A stretch of 64,000 bases of DNA from positions 7,192,001-7,256,000 of the forward strand of contig CM120643.1 of the NCBI GenBank assembly GCA_051362555.1, written 5' to 3'. This document shows positions 62,890 to 64,000 of the stretch, in pieces (position 1 is the first letter of the stretch; each line of letters begins with the position of its first letter). The stretch is from Lingula anatina (Eukaryota > Animalia > Brachiopoda). The position numbers and the translations under genes are program-made. The notes beneath the pieces were generated by a model. The model saw only the letters and a program-made list of their open reading frames with translations, made no database searches and was not told where the DNA came from.

Positions 62890-64000
62890 TATATCAAACA
62901 AGGCAGCAAAGCTGTCAAATGTACAGACAAAAAACAGAAAATAAAGATGCAAATAAGTGAAAAATCAAATTTTCACAAAAAACTGTTAAATTGCCAGAAA
63001 AATTTACCAAACAAACTGCATTGCCTACTGAAGCTGTATTTTAGTCCCATGTTTTTTTCCTGTAAGTTTGAGAACAGTAAGTGACATGATTTTCCTTAAA
63101 TGGTCATCATGGAAGCAGTGCCCAAAATAGGGGTTTCTTCAAATTTTGATGCAATATTACATGTTTAACAGCTTAATGACCATCAATTTTTAATTATAAA
63201 ATATTTGTATCACAGATATTCAGAAAATGTGACTAGCAAAGGTCTTCAGGCCCATGGAACTTCAAAGTCACACCTTGAAAATGCCATAATGTAAACAAGA
63301 CAGCACTGTTCTGAAATGGGTTTATTTCCATTTTTAGCACTTTTTTAACATAAAACAAAATAAACATTTTACTGCCATTTTTATATGACCAACTAAGAAA
63401 ATTGATGAGATGGGAAAAGTATCAATAGAACAGTGTTAAATGTCCAATTTCCTCCATTCTGAGATTCTGAACATAGTGGACGATTGAATCTGACAAACTG
63501 CAATGATAGTTTCTTTCCATTTTTGACACTTTATTACACAATACATGATAACAAGTTTACCATGTTTTTTACATAATCAACTAACAATGTTGTAAAGATG
63601 CAGGAAATATCAAACAAACACTTTTAGGCATCTTATTAGTTAAATAATGAGACTGTTAACATGCCTAATAATTGAATCTGAGGAAATGTGAAAAAACAGT
63701 ATAACTTCTAAAATAATGGCCCGATTATGCTGATTTTCGAACTCATCCTGCGTTTTAGTAAAATTGACCACTCCTGTGAGTATAATTACAATTGGCCAAT
63801 CCGTTTTTCTTATATTGTGTTATCAGTGTTGCATTTATATTGAAAATAGTGAAAAAAACAGCATAAATTCCCTAAAAATGGCCCAATCATGCTGATTTTC
63901 GAACTTGACCTGCGTATTATGAATATTCATCAGTTCTGTAAGTTTCAAGTCAAAAGGTAAAATGGTTTTCTACTTATCGTGTTATCGGTGCTGCATATAT
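62890..64000 (+). repeat. Segmental duplicate of 9985-14350, ending in DINE/Helentron-like core repeats
   Basis: Collinear matches as listed for 9985-14350; the core 'gctgattttc.aacttgacctg..tattatgaatattcatcagttct' is shared with 13780-14350. Confidence 0.8.

Overview
AT-rich animal nuclear DNA (invertebrate, mollusc-like by repeat style; taxon is an inference) with spliceosomal introns and no prokaryotic features. Host-like genes are a C2H2 zinc-finger ORF or remnant (5.2-6.0 kb) and an intronless FASTKD5-like mitochondrial RNA-processing gene (15.65-17.78 kb, minus strand). From about 18 to 63 kb the window is largely a nested pile of transposons: Academ carrying a Tc1 remnant, pogo, EnSpm/CACTA, Penelope with an SGNH insert, intron-bearing Tc1-like, Ginger-like integrase, hAT, MITEs and minisatellites. 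The standout is an apparently intact 9.7-kb DNA transposon at 44865-54595. It has TAT..ATA ends, ~365-bp TIRs and a perfect 6-bp TSD (CATGAC), consistent with IS3EU. It carries two convergent multi-exon genes that I could splice in frame by hand: a ~485-aa DDE integrase-like transposase and a ~686-aa zinc-finger + shortened HECT E3 ubiquitin ligase that retains the catalytic Cys. Exon models, counts and family assignments were made by eye, without database searches.
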